This document shows, one piece after another, positions 45,980-62,179 of a stretch of DNA of 64,000 nucleotides. The notes under the pieces are model-generated. The model worked only from the letters and a program-made list of their open reading frames with translations, had not been told where the DNA came from and searched no databases. This DNA is from an uncultured Acidobacteriota bacterium. GTDB taxonomy: Bacteria; Acidobacteriota; Thermoanaerobaculia; Multivoradales; UBA5704. A program made the translations under genes and the position numbers. The stretch spans positions 1,024,001 through 1,088,000 of the forward strand of contig CAVYRF010000001.1 of assembly GCA_963770895.1 (NCBI GenBank), read 5' to 3'. Numbering within the stretch: the stretch's first letter is position 1; the number at the start of each line of letters is the position of its first letter.

Positions 45980-46013
45980 CCGCGCCACAGCGTCACGGAC
46001 GGGGGCGCGGTCA
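45977..46013 (+). terminator. GC-rich hairpin after the DUF885 gene (possible terminator or stabiliser)
   Basis: TGACCGCGCC...GGCGCGGTCA 10-bp inverted repeat; no U-tract. Confidence 0.35.
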
Positions 46014-46104
46014 TGGAGCTGTCTCCCCGTCGTAACCGAAATGCCGCTTCCGCCTGGCTATACTGCGCCCGCTCCATCTCACTTGTAAGAAAGGGCTACG
46101 CACG

Positions 46105-47706
46105 ATGACCACGGCGGCACCCACTGCAGCTCCGTCAATTCTGGAAGCAAAACTGGCCAACAGCAAGGCGGGCAAGATCGGCGGCTGGGTCTTCGCCGTG
46201 GGCCTGATCATCGGCCTGCTGTATGCGGGGGCGCATCTCATCGCCGACCTTTCGCACGTGAAGACCTATTCGGCCTTTCCTTTCGTCCTGCTGGGCGTGG
46301 CGCTGCTGATCGCCCTGGCGTTCGAGTTCGTCAACGGCTTCCACGACACCGCCAACGCAGTCGCGACGGTGATCTATACCCACTCGCTGGACCCCCACAT
46401 GGCGGTGGTCTGGTCGGGCGCCTGGAACTTCATCGGCGTCCTGACCTCGACCGGCGTGGTGGCCTTCGGCATCATCTCGCTGCTGCCGGTCGAGCTCATC
46501 CTGCAGGTGGGCAGCGGCTCCGGCTTCGCCATGGTGTTCGCCCTGCTGGTGGCCGCCATCATGTGGAACCTGGGCACCTGGTTTCTGGGCCTGCCCGCCT
46601 CCAGCTCGCACACGCTGATCGGCTCGATCATCGGCGTCGGCATCGCCAACCAGCTGATGGCGCCGCGCACCGGCACCAGCGGTGTCGACTGGGGGCAGGC
46701 CGCCAACATCGGCAAGAGCCTGCTGCTGTCGCCGCTGGTCGGCTTCGTCGCCGCTGCGCTGCTGCTGATGCTGTCCAAGCTGCTGATCCCCAAGCCGGAG
46801 CTGTACGCCGCGCCCAAGGGGACCGAGCCGCCGCCGTTCTGGATCCGCTGCCTGCTCATCCTGACCTGCACCGGCGTCAGCTTCGCCCACGGCTCCAACG
46901 ACGGCCAGAAGGGCATGGGCCTGATCATGCTCATCCTGATCGGCACCGTTCCCACCGCCTACGCCTTGAACCACGCGGTCAGCCCGCGCGACACGCAGGA
47001 CTTCATCGCCGTCTCGGCGACCACCTCGGAAACGCTCAGCCATCACCTGACTCCGGGCGCCAACATCGCCGATCCGCGGGAAGACCTGACCGACTACGTG
47101 CGCACCAAGGAGTTCAAGCCGGCGACCATGCTGGCGCTGCGCCAGATGGTCAACGAAGTCGGCAACGAGATGGCGATCTACAAGGACCTGAAGGCGGTGC
47201 CGCAGGACCAGACGCCCAACTTCCGCAACAACCTCTACCTGGTGAGCGAGGCGATGCGCCTCATGGACAAGTCGGGCAAGCCGGCGTTCTCGGCCGACGA
47301 GAAGGTCGTCCTGGCCAACTACAAGAAGCACGTCGACGAGGCGACCAAGTTCATCCCCACCTGGGTCAAGGTGGCGGTGGCGATCGCGCTCGGCTTGGGC
47401 ACCATGGTGGGCTGGAAGCGCATCGTGGTCACCGTCGGCGAGAAGATCGGCAAGACCCACCTGACCTACGGCCAGGGCGCCGCGGCCGAGCTGGTGGCGA
47501 TGACCACCATCCTGGCGGCCGATCGCTTCGGCCTGCCGGTGAGCACGACACACGTGCTGTCCTCGGGCGTCGCCGGCACCATGGCGGCCAACGGTTCAGG
47601 CCTGCAGTGGAGCACGGTGCGCGCCCTGGCGATGGCCTGGATCCTCACCCTGCCCGCCTCGATCATCCTGTCCGCCTCGCTGTTCTGGCTGTTCCGCCAG
47701 TTCTGA
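46105..47706 (+). CDS. pitA: Inorganic phosphate transporter, PiT family
   Basis: NGFHDTANAVAT, GLPASSSH, FAHGSNDGQKGMG, GLPVSTTH. TATACT -10 element at 46059-46064. Confidence 0.93.
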   Translation: MTTAAPTAAPSILEAKLANSKAGKIGGWVFAVGLIIGLLYAGAHLIADLSHVKTYSAFPFVLLGVALLIALAFEFVNGFHDTANAVATVIYTHSLDPHMAVVWSGAWNFIGVLTSTGVVAFGIISLLPVELILQVGSGSGFAMVFALLVAAIMWNLGTWFLGLPASSSHTLIGSIIGVGIANQLMAPRTGTSGVDWGQAANIGKSLLLSPLVGFVAAALLLMLSKLLIPKPELYAAPKGTEPPPFWIRCLLILTCTGVSFAHGSNDGQKGMGLIMLILIGTVPTAYALNHAVSPRDTQDFIAVSATTSETLSHHLTPGANIADPREDLTDYVRTKEFKPATMLALRQMVNEVGNEMAIYKDLKAVPQDQTPNFRNNLYLVSEAMRLMDKSGKPAFSADEKVVLANYKKHVDEATKFIPTWVKVAVAIALGLGTMVGWKRIVVTVGEKIGKTHLTYGQGAAAELVAMTTILAADRFGLPVSTTHVLSSGVAGTMAANGSGLQWSTVRALAMAWILTLPASIILSASLFWLFRQF

Positions 47707-47768
47707 GGCCGCGGCGGTTGCCGCACCACGGCCCGGCCGGCATGACGGCGCGATAAGCTCGCGCCGTC

Positions 47769-48941
47769 ATGCTCATCGCCGATCTTGCCACCCCCTGCCT
47801 GCTGCTCGAAGAAGCGAAGCTGGACCGCAACCTGGAGCGCCTGCGCCAGCGCCTGGCGGCGCACGGCGGCGTGCGCCTGCGGCCGCACGTCAAAACCGCC
47901 AAGTGCTGGGACGTGGTACGCCGGGCGTTCGGCACCGGCGGCGGTGACGACGGCGGTCTCGCTGCCGGCACCGGCGCCGGCATCACGGTGTCGACGCTCC
48001 AGGAGGCCGAACAGTTCCTGGCGCACGGCGTCACGGACATGATCTACGCCGTCGGGCTGGCTCCCGGCAAGCTCGACGCGGTGGCGGCGCTGCGCCGCCG
48101 CGGCGCCGACCTGGCGGTGCTGCTCGATTCGGTGGCGGCCGCCCAGGCGCTGGCCGCGGCGGGTGCGCGGCACGGCTTGCGCCTGCCGGCGCTGGTCGAG
48201 ATCGACAGCGACGGCCACCGCGCCGGGGTGCGGCCCGGCGATCCTCTCCTCAGTGAAATCGGCCAGGTGCTGGCCGGCTCGCCGCACGCCGAGCTGCGCG
48301 GGGTGCTGACCCATGCCGGCGAGTCCTACAACTGTGCCGACGTCGCATCGATCCGCGCCATGGCCGAGCAGGAGCGGCGGGCGGTGGTGGATGGCGCGGC
48401 GGCGCTCGCCGCGGCCGGCCTGCCGTGTCCGGTCGCGAGCGTCGGGTCGACGCCGACGGCGTTTCTGGGCGACTCGTTTGCCGGCGTGACCGAGGTGCGG
48501 GCCGGGGTCTACATGTTCTTCGACCTGACGATGCTCGGCCTGGGCGTCTGCGCCGTGGGCGACATCGCGATCAGCGTGCTGACCAGCGTCATCGGCCACC
48601 AGCGCGACAAGGGCTGGCTGCTGACCGACGCCGGCTGGATGGCGCTGTCGCGCGACCGCAGCACCGCCGGCCGCCCCTGGGATGCCGGCTACGGCCTGGT
48701 CTGCGACGAACTCGGCCAGCTGCTGCCCGGCTTGCAGGTCGTCGAAACCAATCAGGAGCACGGCATCGTCGCCCGGCCGGGTGGCGGCGCCCCCCTCGAC
48801 CTCGACGCCTGGCCGATCGGCTCCCGCCTGCGCATCCTGCCCAACCACGCCTGCGCCACCGCCGCCCAGCACGCCGCCTACCAGGTGCTGCGCGGCACCC
48901 CCGAGGTGGTGGCGACGTGGCAGCGCTTCGGCGGTTGGTGA
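47769..48941 (+). CDS. DSD1-family fold-type III PLP enzyme (D-serine dehydratase / D-threo-3-hydroxyaspartate dehydratase-like)
   Basis: RPHVKTAK (PLP Lys), EIDSDGHRAG, THAGESY, GSTPTA, EVRAGVY.FFD, NQEHG, ILPNHAC. Confidence 0.9.
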   Translation: MLIADLATPCLLLEEAKLDRNLERLRQRLAAHGGVRLRPHVKTAKCWDVVRRAFGTGGGDDGGLAAGTGAGITVSTLQEAEQFLAHGVTDMIYAVGLAPGKLDAVAALRRRGADLAVLLDSVAAAQALAAAGARHGLRLPALVEIDSDGHRAGVRPGDPLLSEIGQVLAGSPHAELRGVLTHAGESYNCADVASIRAMAEQERRAVVDGAAALAAAGLPCPVASVGSTPTAFLGDSFAGVTEVRAGVYMFFDLTMLGLGVCAVGDIAISVLTSVIGHQRDKGWLLTDAGWMALSRDRSTAGRPWDAGYGLVCDELGQLLPGLQVVETNQEHGIVARPGGGAPLDLDAWPIGSRLRILPNHACATAAQHAAYQVLRGTPEVVATWQRFGGW

Positions 48942-51325
48942 TGCTGCGGGCGGCGCGCGACGCGCATTGGTTCCGCTGGCGCCGCCTGCGCAGGTGGAGC
49001 GCCGGCGCGGCGTCGGCGCTGGGCGCCCTGGTGGTGGCGCTGTGGCTGGCGGACATCTGCGGCGCCGGTGGCGCCGGTGGCGGCAGTGGCGGCGACGCGC
49101 CGACGCGGATGCAGCGGCTGGCGCAAGGGGGGGCGCGGGTGGCGATCGTGGCGCTGCTGGCGGCGGTCGCGGTCTGGGCGGCGGCGGCCCTGGCGGCGCG
49201 GCTCGCCGGCTCGCGGCGGCCTGGCAGCCGCTGGCAGATCGTCGCGGCGCTGGCGCTCCCCGCCGTCCTGGCCGCCTCGTTCGCCGTGCGCTTTGCCGGC
49301 CTCGATTCCGAGGTGAACGGGCGCTACTACCTGGACGAGGGCACCTACTATCACCATGCGACGGAGATCGATGACGGCGAGCCGCTGCCCTACACCTTCG
49401 TCTATCCGCACCTGACCTACTACGCCGACGCCCTGACGCTGTGGGCGGCGGCGCGCTTTCCGGCCGCGGTCGCCGGCGCCGCCCGGCGCTGGCTGGGGCT
49501 CACCGACCCGCTGGCGGTCGCCTGGCTGCTGCTGCGCGGCGTGGTGGCGCTGCTGTCGGCGCTCACCGTGCTGCCGGTCTACGGCATCGCCCGGCGTCTG
49601 GCCGGCGGCGGCCGCCGCACCGGGCTGGCGGCGGCGCTCCTGGCGGCGGCGCTGCTGGTGGTCTCGGACCTCTACAACGAGGGCTCCCACCTCAACACCT
49701 GCGACGTGCCGGCGGCGTTTTTCGCCACCGTCTGCCTGTACTTCGTCACCCGGCTCCTGGACCGCGAGACGGCGCGCGACTACGCGCTGGCCGGGGCGGC
49801 GGCGGGCCTGGCGGGAGCCAGCAAGTACCCGGCGGCGCTGGTGGTGGCGGCGGTGGCGGCGGTGTGGCTCGTCTGGCGGGTGCGGCGGCGCGATTGGAAC
49901 GGCGGCCTGCTGTGGGCGGCCCTGGCCTGCATCGCCGCGGTGCTGGCGGCGATGCCCGCCCTGCTGGCCTACCCGCGGCTCGCCTTCACCGGCTCGCGCG
50001 GCATCTTCTTCGGTGCACGGCAGTACGGCGGCGGCGGCTGGCTGGGGGTGATGCCCGACAGCAACGCCGCCTTTTACGCCGGCCGCCTGGTGGACACCTT
50101 CGGCTGGCCCGCGGTGGCGGCGGGCGCGTCGGGGCTGGTCCTGCTGGCAATCCGCGAGCGCTGGCGTGGCGCGCGCCTGGGGCGCCTGCTGGCGCTGGCC
50201 CCCTTTCCGATCCTGTTCCTGGTCCTGGTCACCTCGATGAACATGGTGGTCAAGCGCAACCTCTACCCGGCGGTGCCGGTGGTGGCAGCCTACCTGGGCG
50301 CCGGCATGGCCCAATGGTTGGGTCTCGCCGCCCGGCGCGCGTCGGCGCGTCGGCGGCCGGCGCCAGGCGCTCCGTTGCCACCGCCTCTCGGCGCCGTGCG
50401 GGCCGGTGGCGGCGCGGCATGGACCCTCGCCGCGGCGGTGCTGCTGGCGGCCACCCTGTGGCTGCCGGCGCGCCTGGTCGCGCTGCAGACCGCGGGCTAC
50501 CTGCGGCCCAGCACGCGCGAGGAGGCCGCGGCGTGGATGCTGGCGCACCTGCCGCAGGGCGCGGCGATCGTCAAGGAGCAGTACACCCCCGATTTCGCGC
50601 CGGGCCGTTTCGCCGTCACCCGCCAGCGGTTTGCCGCGCGCATGTCGCTGGCCGAGCTGCGCGGCGTGCAGAACGACTATCTGCTGCTGTCGAGCGCCGC
50701 CTACGCGCGCTTTGCCGACCCGGACCAGCTGTTCACCGACACCCAGCGCGAGATCGCCGCGCGCTACGCCCAAATCTTCCGCAGCTTTCCGCTGGTGCGC
50801 GAATGGGATCCGGACGACGTGCAGCTGGGCCCCGTGCTGCGCCTGTACCGCCTCGACCCGGCGGCGGACCAGTGCCCGCCGTCGGTGGTGCTGCCGGCGG
50901 CCGACGCGTCGGTGCCGGACGACGCGATGCGGCCGGTGCCGGAGCGGCCGCTGCGCTACCTCGCGGCCGGCCAGTGGAGCCTCTTTCACGTCTGCCTGCC
51001 TGCCGGCCGCTACCAGCTCGACCTGCTCGGCGCGCCGCGTCCGCCGGCGCGCGTGCGGGTGACCGACCCCGCGGGCGCCCTGGTCGACCGCATCGAGCTG
51101 CGGCCGCCGGCCCGCGACGCACCCCCGCCCACGGCCGGCCCGTCGCCGCCATCGCCACCATCCCCGCCGCCGGGCGGACCGGACCCGGCCGCCGCCGGGG
51201 GCGTGCTGACCGTCGCCCGCGCCGGCAAGCTCCTGCTGTACGTCGAGCTCGCGCCCGGCAGCCGCCTGCGCGCGCTCCGCCTGACGCCCGCCGCCCCCGC
51301 CGCCTCCGCCGCCGGGCACAGTTGA
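48941..51325 (+). CDS. GT-C fold membrane glycosyltransferase (ArnT/PMT-like)
   Basis: ATG overlaps the upstream stop (TGATG). DE motif (LDEGTY) after the first TM region, SKYP motif, many TM helices and a soluble C-terminal domain. Confidence 0.75.
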   Translation: MLRAARDAHWFRWRRLRRWSAGAASALGALVVALWLADICGAGGAGGGSGGDAPTRMQRLAQGGARVAIVALLAAVAVWAAAALAARLAGSRRPGSRWQIVAALALPAVLAASFAVRFAGLDSEVNGRYYLDEGTYYHHATEIDDGEPLPYTFVYPHLTYYADALTLWAAARFPAAVAGAARRWLGLTDPLAVAWLLLRGVVALLSALTVLPVYGIARRLAGGGRRTGLAAALLAAALLVVSDLYNEGSHLNTCDVPAAFFATVCLYFVTRLLDRETARDYALAGAAAGLAGASKYPAALVVAAVAAVWLVWRVRRRDWNGGLLWAALACIAAVLAAMPALLAYPRLAFTGSRGIFFGARQYGGGGWLGVMPDSNAAFYAGRLVDTFGWPAVAAGASGLVLLAIRERWRGARLGRLLALAPFPILFLVLVTSMNMVVKRNLYPAVPVVAAYLGAGMAQWLGLAARRASARRRPAPGAPLPPPLGAVRAGGGAAWTLAAAVLLAATLWLPARLVALQTAGYLRPSTREEAAAWMLAHLPQGAAIVKEQYTPDFAPGRFAVTRQRFAARMSLAELRGVQNDYLLLSSAAYARFADPDQLFTDTQREIAARYAQIFRSFPLVREWDPDDVQLGPVLRLYRLDPAADQCPPSVVLPAADASVPDDAMRPVPERPLRYLAAGQWSLFHVCLPAGRYQLDLLGAPRPPARVRVTDPAGALVDRIELRPPARDAPPPTAGPSPPSPPSPPPGGPDPAAAGGVLTVARAGKLLLYVELAPGSRLRALRLTPAAPAASAAGHS

Positions 51326-51350
51326 CAAACCACCATGCGTGGCTGAAGAT
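51322..51350 (+). promoter_or_regulatory. Putative sigma70 promoter for the pksE operon
   Basis: TTGACA (51322-51327), 17-nt spacer, GAAGAT (51345-51350). Confidence 0.45.
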
Positions 51351-51576
51351 CGGGTTGGACATCAACTTCTCTGCATGCTCGAAAAGCCTTCAATCGTCAG
51401 TTGAAGGAAGGCGCGCCTGTCGGGAGAAGACGCGGCGCGGGCAACCGCCGCTGGCTGGCATTTCCCCGGATGCCGGGCACCTGCGCCGCCGTCGCGCCGC
51501 CTGTCGGGAGTGAGCGGCAGGAGGGCTCCGGCGCACATACAGAGGTGATGGCCGGGCAGAAAGCTTGGAGTCAACC

Positions 51577-58016
<6,440 letters not shown>

Positions 58017-58020
<4 letters not shown>

Positions 58021-60041
58021 CCAACGACAAGCAATCCTTCCTGCGCCGCCACGCGGCGCGGCTCGCGGGCTGCGCGATCGTCGCCGTGCTGTACGGCTTC
58101 GCGCGGATGCCGACGCTGGCACCCGCCGAGCGCGCGGTGCTCGCTTCGCGCTTCGCCTTTGAACGCCTGGCGCTGCCGCACCTGCCGGCGGCGCTGGGCG
58201 GGGCGGCGCCGGCGCACACCGTGCGCCAGGTCAACCCCAGCGTCGCCAACATCCAGGCGTGGATCTCCAGCGTCGGCGCCGGCGTCGCGCTCGCCGACGT
58301 CGACGGCGACGGCGTTGCCAACGACCTGTGCTGGGTCGATCCGCGGGTCGATCGGGTGATGGTCGCGCCGGCTCCCGGCACCGGCGACCGCTTCGCGCTG
58401 TTCACCCTCGACCCCGGCTCGCTGCCCTACGACGCGGCGACCATGGCGCCGATGGGCTGCCTGCCCGGCGATTTCAACGAGGATGGGCTGACCGACCTGC
58501 TGGTCTACTACTGGGGGCGCTCGCCGATCCTGTTCCTGCGGCGGGCCGACGTGACGGCCCCCGCGGCCGCGGCGTTCGTGCCCAGCGAGCTGCTTCCCGG
58601 CGGCCCGGAGCCTTGGTACACCAACGCCCTGACCAGCGCCGACGTGGACGGTGACGGCCATCTCGATCTCATCGTCGGCAACTACTTCCAGGAGCGGTCG
58701 CAGCTGCTCGACGCCCACGCGCGGGTGCCGGTCGAGATGCAGCGCACCATGTCCCACGCGCCGAACGGCGGCCGCCACCACCTGCTGCTGTGGCAGGGGG
58801 GGACGGCCGGAGCGCATCCGACCGCCAGCTTCCGGGACGTGCAGGGGGCCTTCGACGAGCAGACCAACCACTCCTGGACTCTGGCGGTGGGCGCCGCCGA
58901 CCTCGACGGCGACGGCCTGCCAGAAATCTACTTTGCCAACGATTTTGGCAACGACCGGCTGCTCTCCAACCGCTCGACTCCCGGCCACCCGCTGCTGGTG
59001 CCGGTGCTGGGCCGGCGCACCCTCGGCACGCCGCAGTCGAAGGTGCTGGGGCACGACTCGTTCAAGGGCATGGGGGTCGATTTTTGCGACCTCAACGGCG
59101 ACGGCATGCCCGACATCTACGTCAGCAACATCGCCCAGGACTGGGCGCTGGAGGAAAACCACTTCGTCTGGGTGAGCAACGGCCACCCCGAACAGCTGCG
59201 CCAGGGGATCGCCCCCTACGCCGACCGCAGCGAACCGCTCGGCCTGGCGCGCAGCGCGTGGTCGTGGGACGCGCGCATGGTGGACTTCGACAACGACGGG
59301 GTGCCGGAGGCGATCCAGGCTTCGGGCTTCGTGCGCGGCCGGGTCGACCGCTGGCCGGAGTTGCAGGAGCTGGCGATGGGCAACGACGACCTGCTGCACC
59401 TGCCGCAATTCTGGCCGCATTTCCGGCCGGGCGACGACCTGAGCGGCCACGCGCACGATCCCTTCTTCGTGCGCGCCGCCTCCGGGCGCTATTTCGACAT
59501 CGCCGCCGATCTGGGGATGGGCGACACCCAGATCAGCCGCGGCATCGCGGTCGGCGACATCGACGGCGACGGCCGGCTGGATTTTGTCGTCGCCAACCAG
59601 TGGGGCGACTCGTACGTGTTCCACAACCTGAGCCCGGCCGTGGGGTCGTTCCTCGGCCTCGACCTGCGGCTGCCGGTGACCGCCGGCGCCGACGGGCCGG
59701 GCGCCCGGCTGGGCCGCCCGGCGGTGGGCGCGGCCGCCACCGTCACCCTGCCCGACGGCCGGCGGCTTTCGGCGCAGGTGGACGGCGGCAGCGGCCACTC
59801 CGGCAAACGCGCGCCGATCCTGCACTTCGGCCTGGGGCGGCTGCCCGCGACGACGCCGTTGCGCGTCACGGTGCGCTGGCGCGCGCCGGGCGGCGCGTTG
59901 CGCAGCCGGACCTGGACCACCACTCCAGGCTGGCACCGGATTCTGCTCGACGATGCCGCCGCCACAGCCGCCGCCGCCGCCGGTAACGCCACCGGCGGCG
60001 ACGCCAACCCGCGGCCGATGCAAGGAGGGAGCCGCTCATGA
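58017..60041 (+). CDS. unbV: Enediyne cassette protein E4/UnbV (FG-GAP repeats + ASPIC/UnbV domain)
   Basis: GTG start overlaps the pksE stop (GTGA). WISSVGA, APMGCLPGDFNEDG, repeated DxDGDG motifs, ANDFG, GHDSFKGMG, VDGGSGHSGKR..LHFGLG. Confidence 0.92.
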
Positions 60042-60982
60042 GCGATGCCAAGGACCTGCGGCTGGCGGCGCTGCGGCGTTTCGCCTTCGCCATCACGCTG
60101 CTCAACGTGCTGGGTCACACGGTGTTCGGCTTCGAGCAGGCATGGGCCGCGCCGCTGGTGGGTCTCGCCACCGCCTACGCGGTCGAGATCCTGCTGGAAG
60201 TCGTCGCCGCCTGGCAGCAGGGGCGGCAGCCGCGCTTCCTGGCAGGCGGTTTCACCGCCGGCGGCATGGTGGATTTCCTGCTGTCGGCGCACATCACCGG
60301 ACTGGCGGTTTCGATGCTGCTGTACACCGGTGAGCGCATGGCGCCGATCGCCTTCGGCACGGCGGTCGCCATCGCCTCCAAGTACGTCTTCCGCGCGCCG
60401 GCGCCGCGCGGCAACGGCACCGTCCATTTCCTGAACCCCTCCAACTTCGGCATCACCCTGACCCTTTTGGTGTTTTCCTACGTCGGCATCACCCAGCCGT
60501 ACATGTTCACCGAAAAGCTCAACCCCACCGGTGCCTGGATCTTGCCGGTCATCCTGGTGTGCGCCGGCAGCTTCCTCAACGGCCGCTTCACCCACAAGCT
60601 GCCGCTCATCGCCGGCTGGGTCGGCGGCTTCGTGGCACAGGCGATGGTGCGGTGGGCGATCTTCGGCAACCTGCCGCGCGGGTCGCTGATGCCGATGACG
60701 GGAGTGGCGCTGCTGCTGTTCACCTTCTACATGGTCACCGATCCGGCCACGACGCCGGTGCCGGCGCGGCGGCAGGTCGCCTTTGGCGCCAGCGTGGCGG
60801 CGCTCTACGCCGTGCTGCTCGCCTCGCACGTCGTGTTCACGCCGTTCTTTGCCCTGACGGTCGCCTCGACCGCGCGCGGGGCCTGGCTGTGGGTGGCGGC
60901 GCGCCGGCGGGCTGCCGCGGTGGCGGGCGCGACCGATCGTGCCGCCGCGGCGACCTTGCCCGCGGCGCCGCTCGGCGCTTAG
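60038..60982 (+). CDS. unbU: Enediyne cassette membrane protein E5/UnbU
   Basis: ALRRFA..IT.LN..GHT..GFEQ, FLL.AHITGLA, HFLNPSNFGI, PYMFTE, FYMVTDP.TTP. ATGA overlap with unbV. Confidence 0.92.
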   Translation: MSDAKDLRLAALRRFAFAITLLNVLGHTVFGFEQAWAAPLVGLATAYAVEILLEVVAAWQQGRQPRFLAGGFTAGGMVDFLLSAHITGLAVSMLLYTGERMAPIAFGTAVAIASKYVFRAPAPRGNGTVHFLNPSNFGITLTLLVFSYVGITQPYMFTEKLNPTGAWILPVILVCAGSFLNGRFTHKLPLIAGWVGGFVAQAMVRWAIFGNLPRGSLMPMTGVALLLFTFYMVTDPATTPVPARRQVAFGASVAALYAVLLASHVVFTPFFALTVASTARGAWLWVAARRRAAAVAGATDRAAAATLPAAPLGA

Positions 60983-60991
60983 GTCAGGCGC

Positions 60992-61555
60992 CTAAACGAC
61001 GAACGGCACCAACGCCTTGACCCGCCGTTTGTAGTCTGGGTAGGCGGTGGGGAAGTGGCGCTCCATCACCGCCTCCTCCTGGCGCAGCTTGTACCAGAAG
61101 CTGGCGATGCAGATCGCCAGGCCGACCAGGCCGCCGACCCGCCCGAGGTGCATGACGGTGCCCAGGAACATCAGCAGGACGCTGGTGTAGATCGGGTGGC
61201 GCACCCAGCGGTACGGACCGCGCTCGATCAGCTCGTGGTCTTCCTTGAACGTCACCTGCGCGCTCCAGTTGCGGCCCAGGGTGATGCGCGACCAGAGCGC
61301 GCCCAGCAGGCCCACGGTGGCGATCACGGCGGCGGCCAGCTTGACGGCGGGCGTGTGCGGGATCACCTGCACGGCCAGGAAGCGCGACGGCGCGGCGAAA
61401 AGCACGAAGAAGGCGACGCAGAGGAAGAGCAGGTGCCCCGACCGGACCTTCCACGGCTGGCGCTCGGCGGTGCGCTTGACGAACAGCGAAGACACCAGCC
61501 AGTAGACCATGCAGACGATCCAGCAGCCGCTGATCCAGTGCCAGGTGGTGATCAT
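60992..61555 (-). CDS. Isoprenylcysteine carboxylmethyltransferase (ICMT/Ste14)-family membrane protein
   Basis: LGRNWS, HELIERGPYRWVRHPIYT, EE..M..HF...Y.DY..RV..LVP. Confidence 0.9.
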   Translation of the reverse strand: MITTWHWISGCWIVCMVYWLVSSLFVKRTAERQPWKVRSGHLLFLCVAFFVLFAAPSRFLAVQVIPHTPAVKLAAAVIATVGLLGALWSRITLGRNWSAQVTFKEDHELIERGPYRWVRHPIYTSVLLMFLGTVMHLGRVGGLVGLAICIASFWYKLRQEEAVMERHFPTAYPDYKRRVKALVPFVV

Positions 61556-61689
61556 GGGTCAGGTCCTCTCGGCGGCCGGCGGATGCGCCGGCCCGGGGAG
61601 CGGCCGCCGGGGCGAGCCGCGAGCCGGCACCGGTGCATGGCGCGGCGCCAGGCGCCGCAAGACCGCGCGCAGCCGCGCGGCCCTGGCCT

Positions 61690-62145
61690 TCAGTTGGCGC
61701 CGCTGGCGCCGGCCGTGCCGGCCGAACCGGCAGCGGCGCTCTGCACCGGCGTCCAGCGATGGAAGAACGTGACGATCTCCGCGACGGAGAGCAGGCTGCT
61801 GGCATTGCGGAACTCGCCGTCGCGCTGCGAGGCGACCAGGCTGCCGTCGGGCTCCAGGACGGCCACCGCCGGGATGCCGCTGCCGACGTGCATGCCGTAG
61901 TCGCGCATGATGTCCAGGTTGCGGTCGCGATTGCCGACCGAAACCTGCACCACGACGTAGCCCGGCTCGATGATGGGGACCACCAGCCGGTGGCCCAGCG
62001 CCTTCTCGAAGGCGTGGCAGTCGGGGCACCAGTCGGACCCGAACACCACGGCGACGCGCTTGCCCTCGCGGGCGGCGCGGCCACGTGCGGCGTCGATCTC
62101 GGCGCGCGCATCGGCCGAGGCGGTTGCTGAGGATTTGGTGTCCAT
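61690..62145 (-). CDS. Thioredoxin-like protein (WCPDC)
   Basis: GKRVAVVFGSDWCPDC, GIPAVAVL. ATG lies 6 nt after a TACAAT -10 element. Confidence 0.85.
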   Translation of the reverse strand: MDTKSSATASADARAEIDAARGRAAREGKRVAVVFGSDWCPDCHAFEKALGHRLVVPIIEPGYVVVQVSVGNRDRNLDIMRDYGMHVGSGIPAVAVLEPDGSLVASQRDGEFRNASSLLSVAEIVTFFHRWTPVQSAAAGSAGTAGASGAN

Positions 62146-62179
62146 GGCGCTATTGTAACGCGCTCGTCGCCAGACGTCC

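Noticed and set aside
51357-51576. Known riboswitch (c-di-GMP, SAM, cobalamin, glycine) in the pksE leader
   Set aside because: Core consensus elements were not found by eye.
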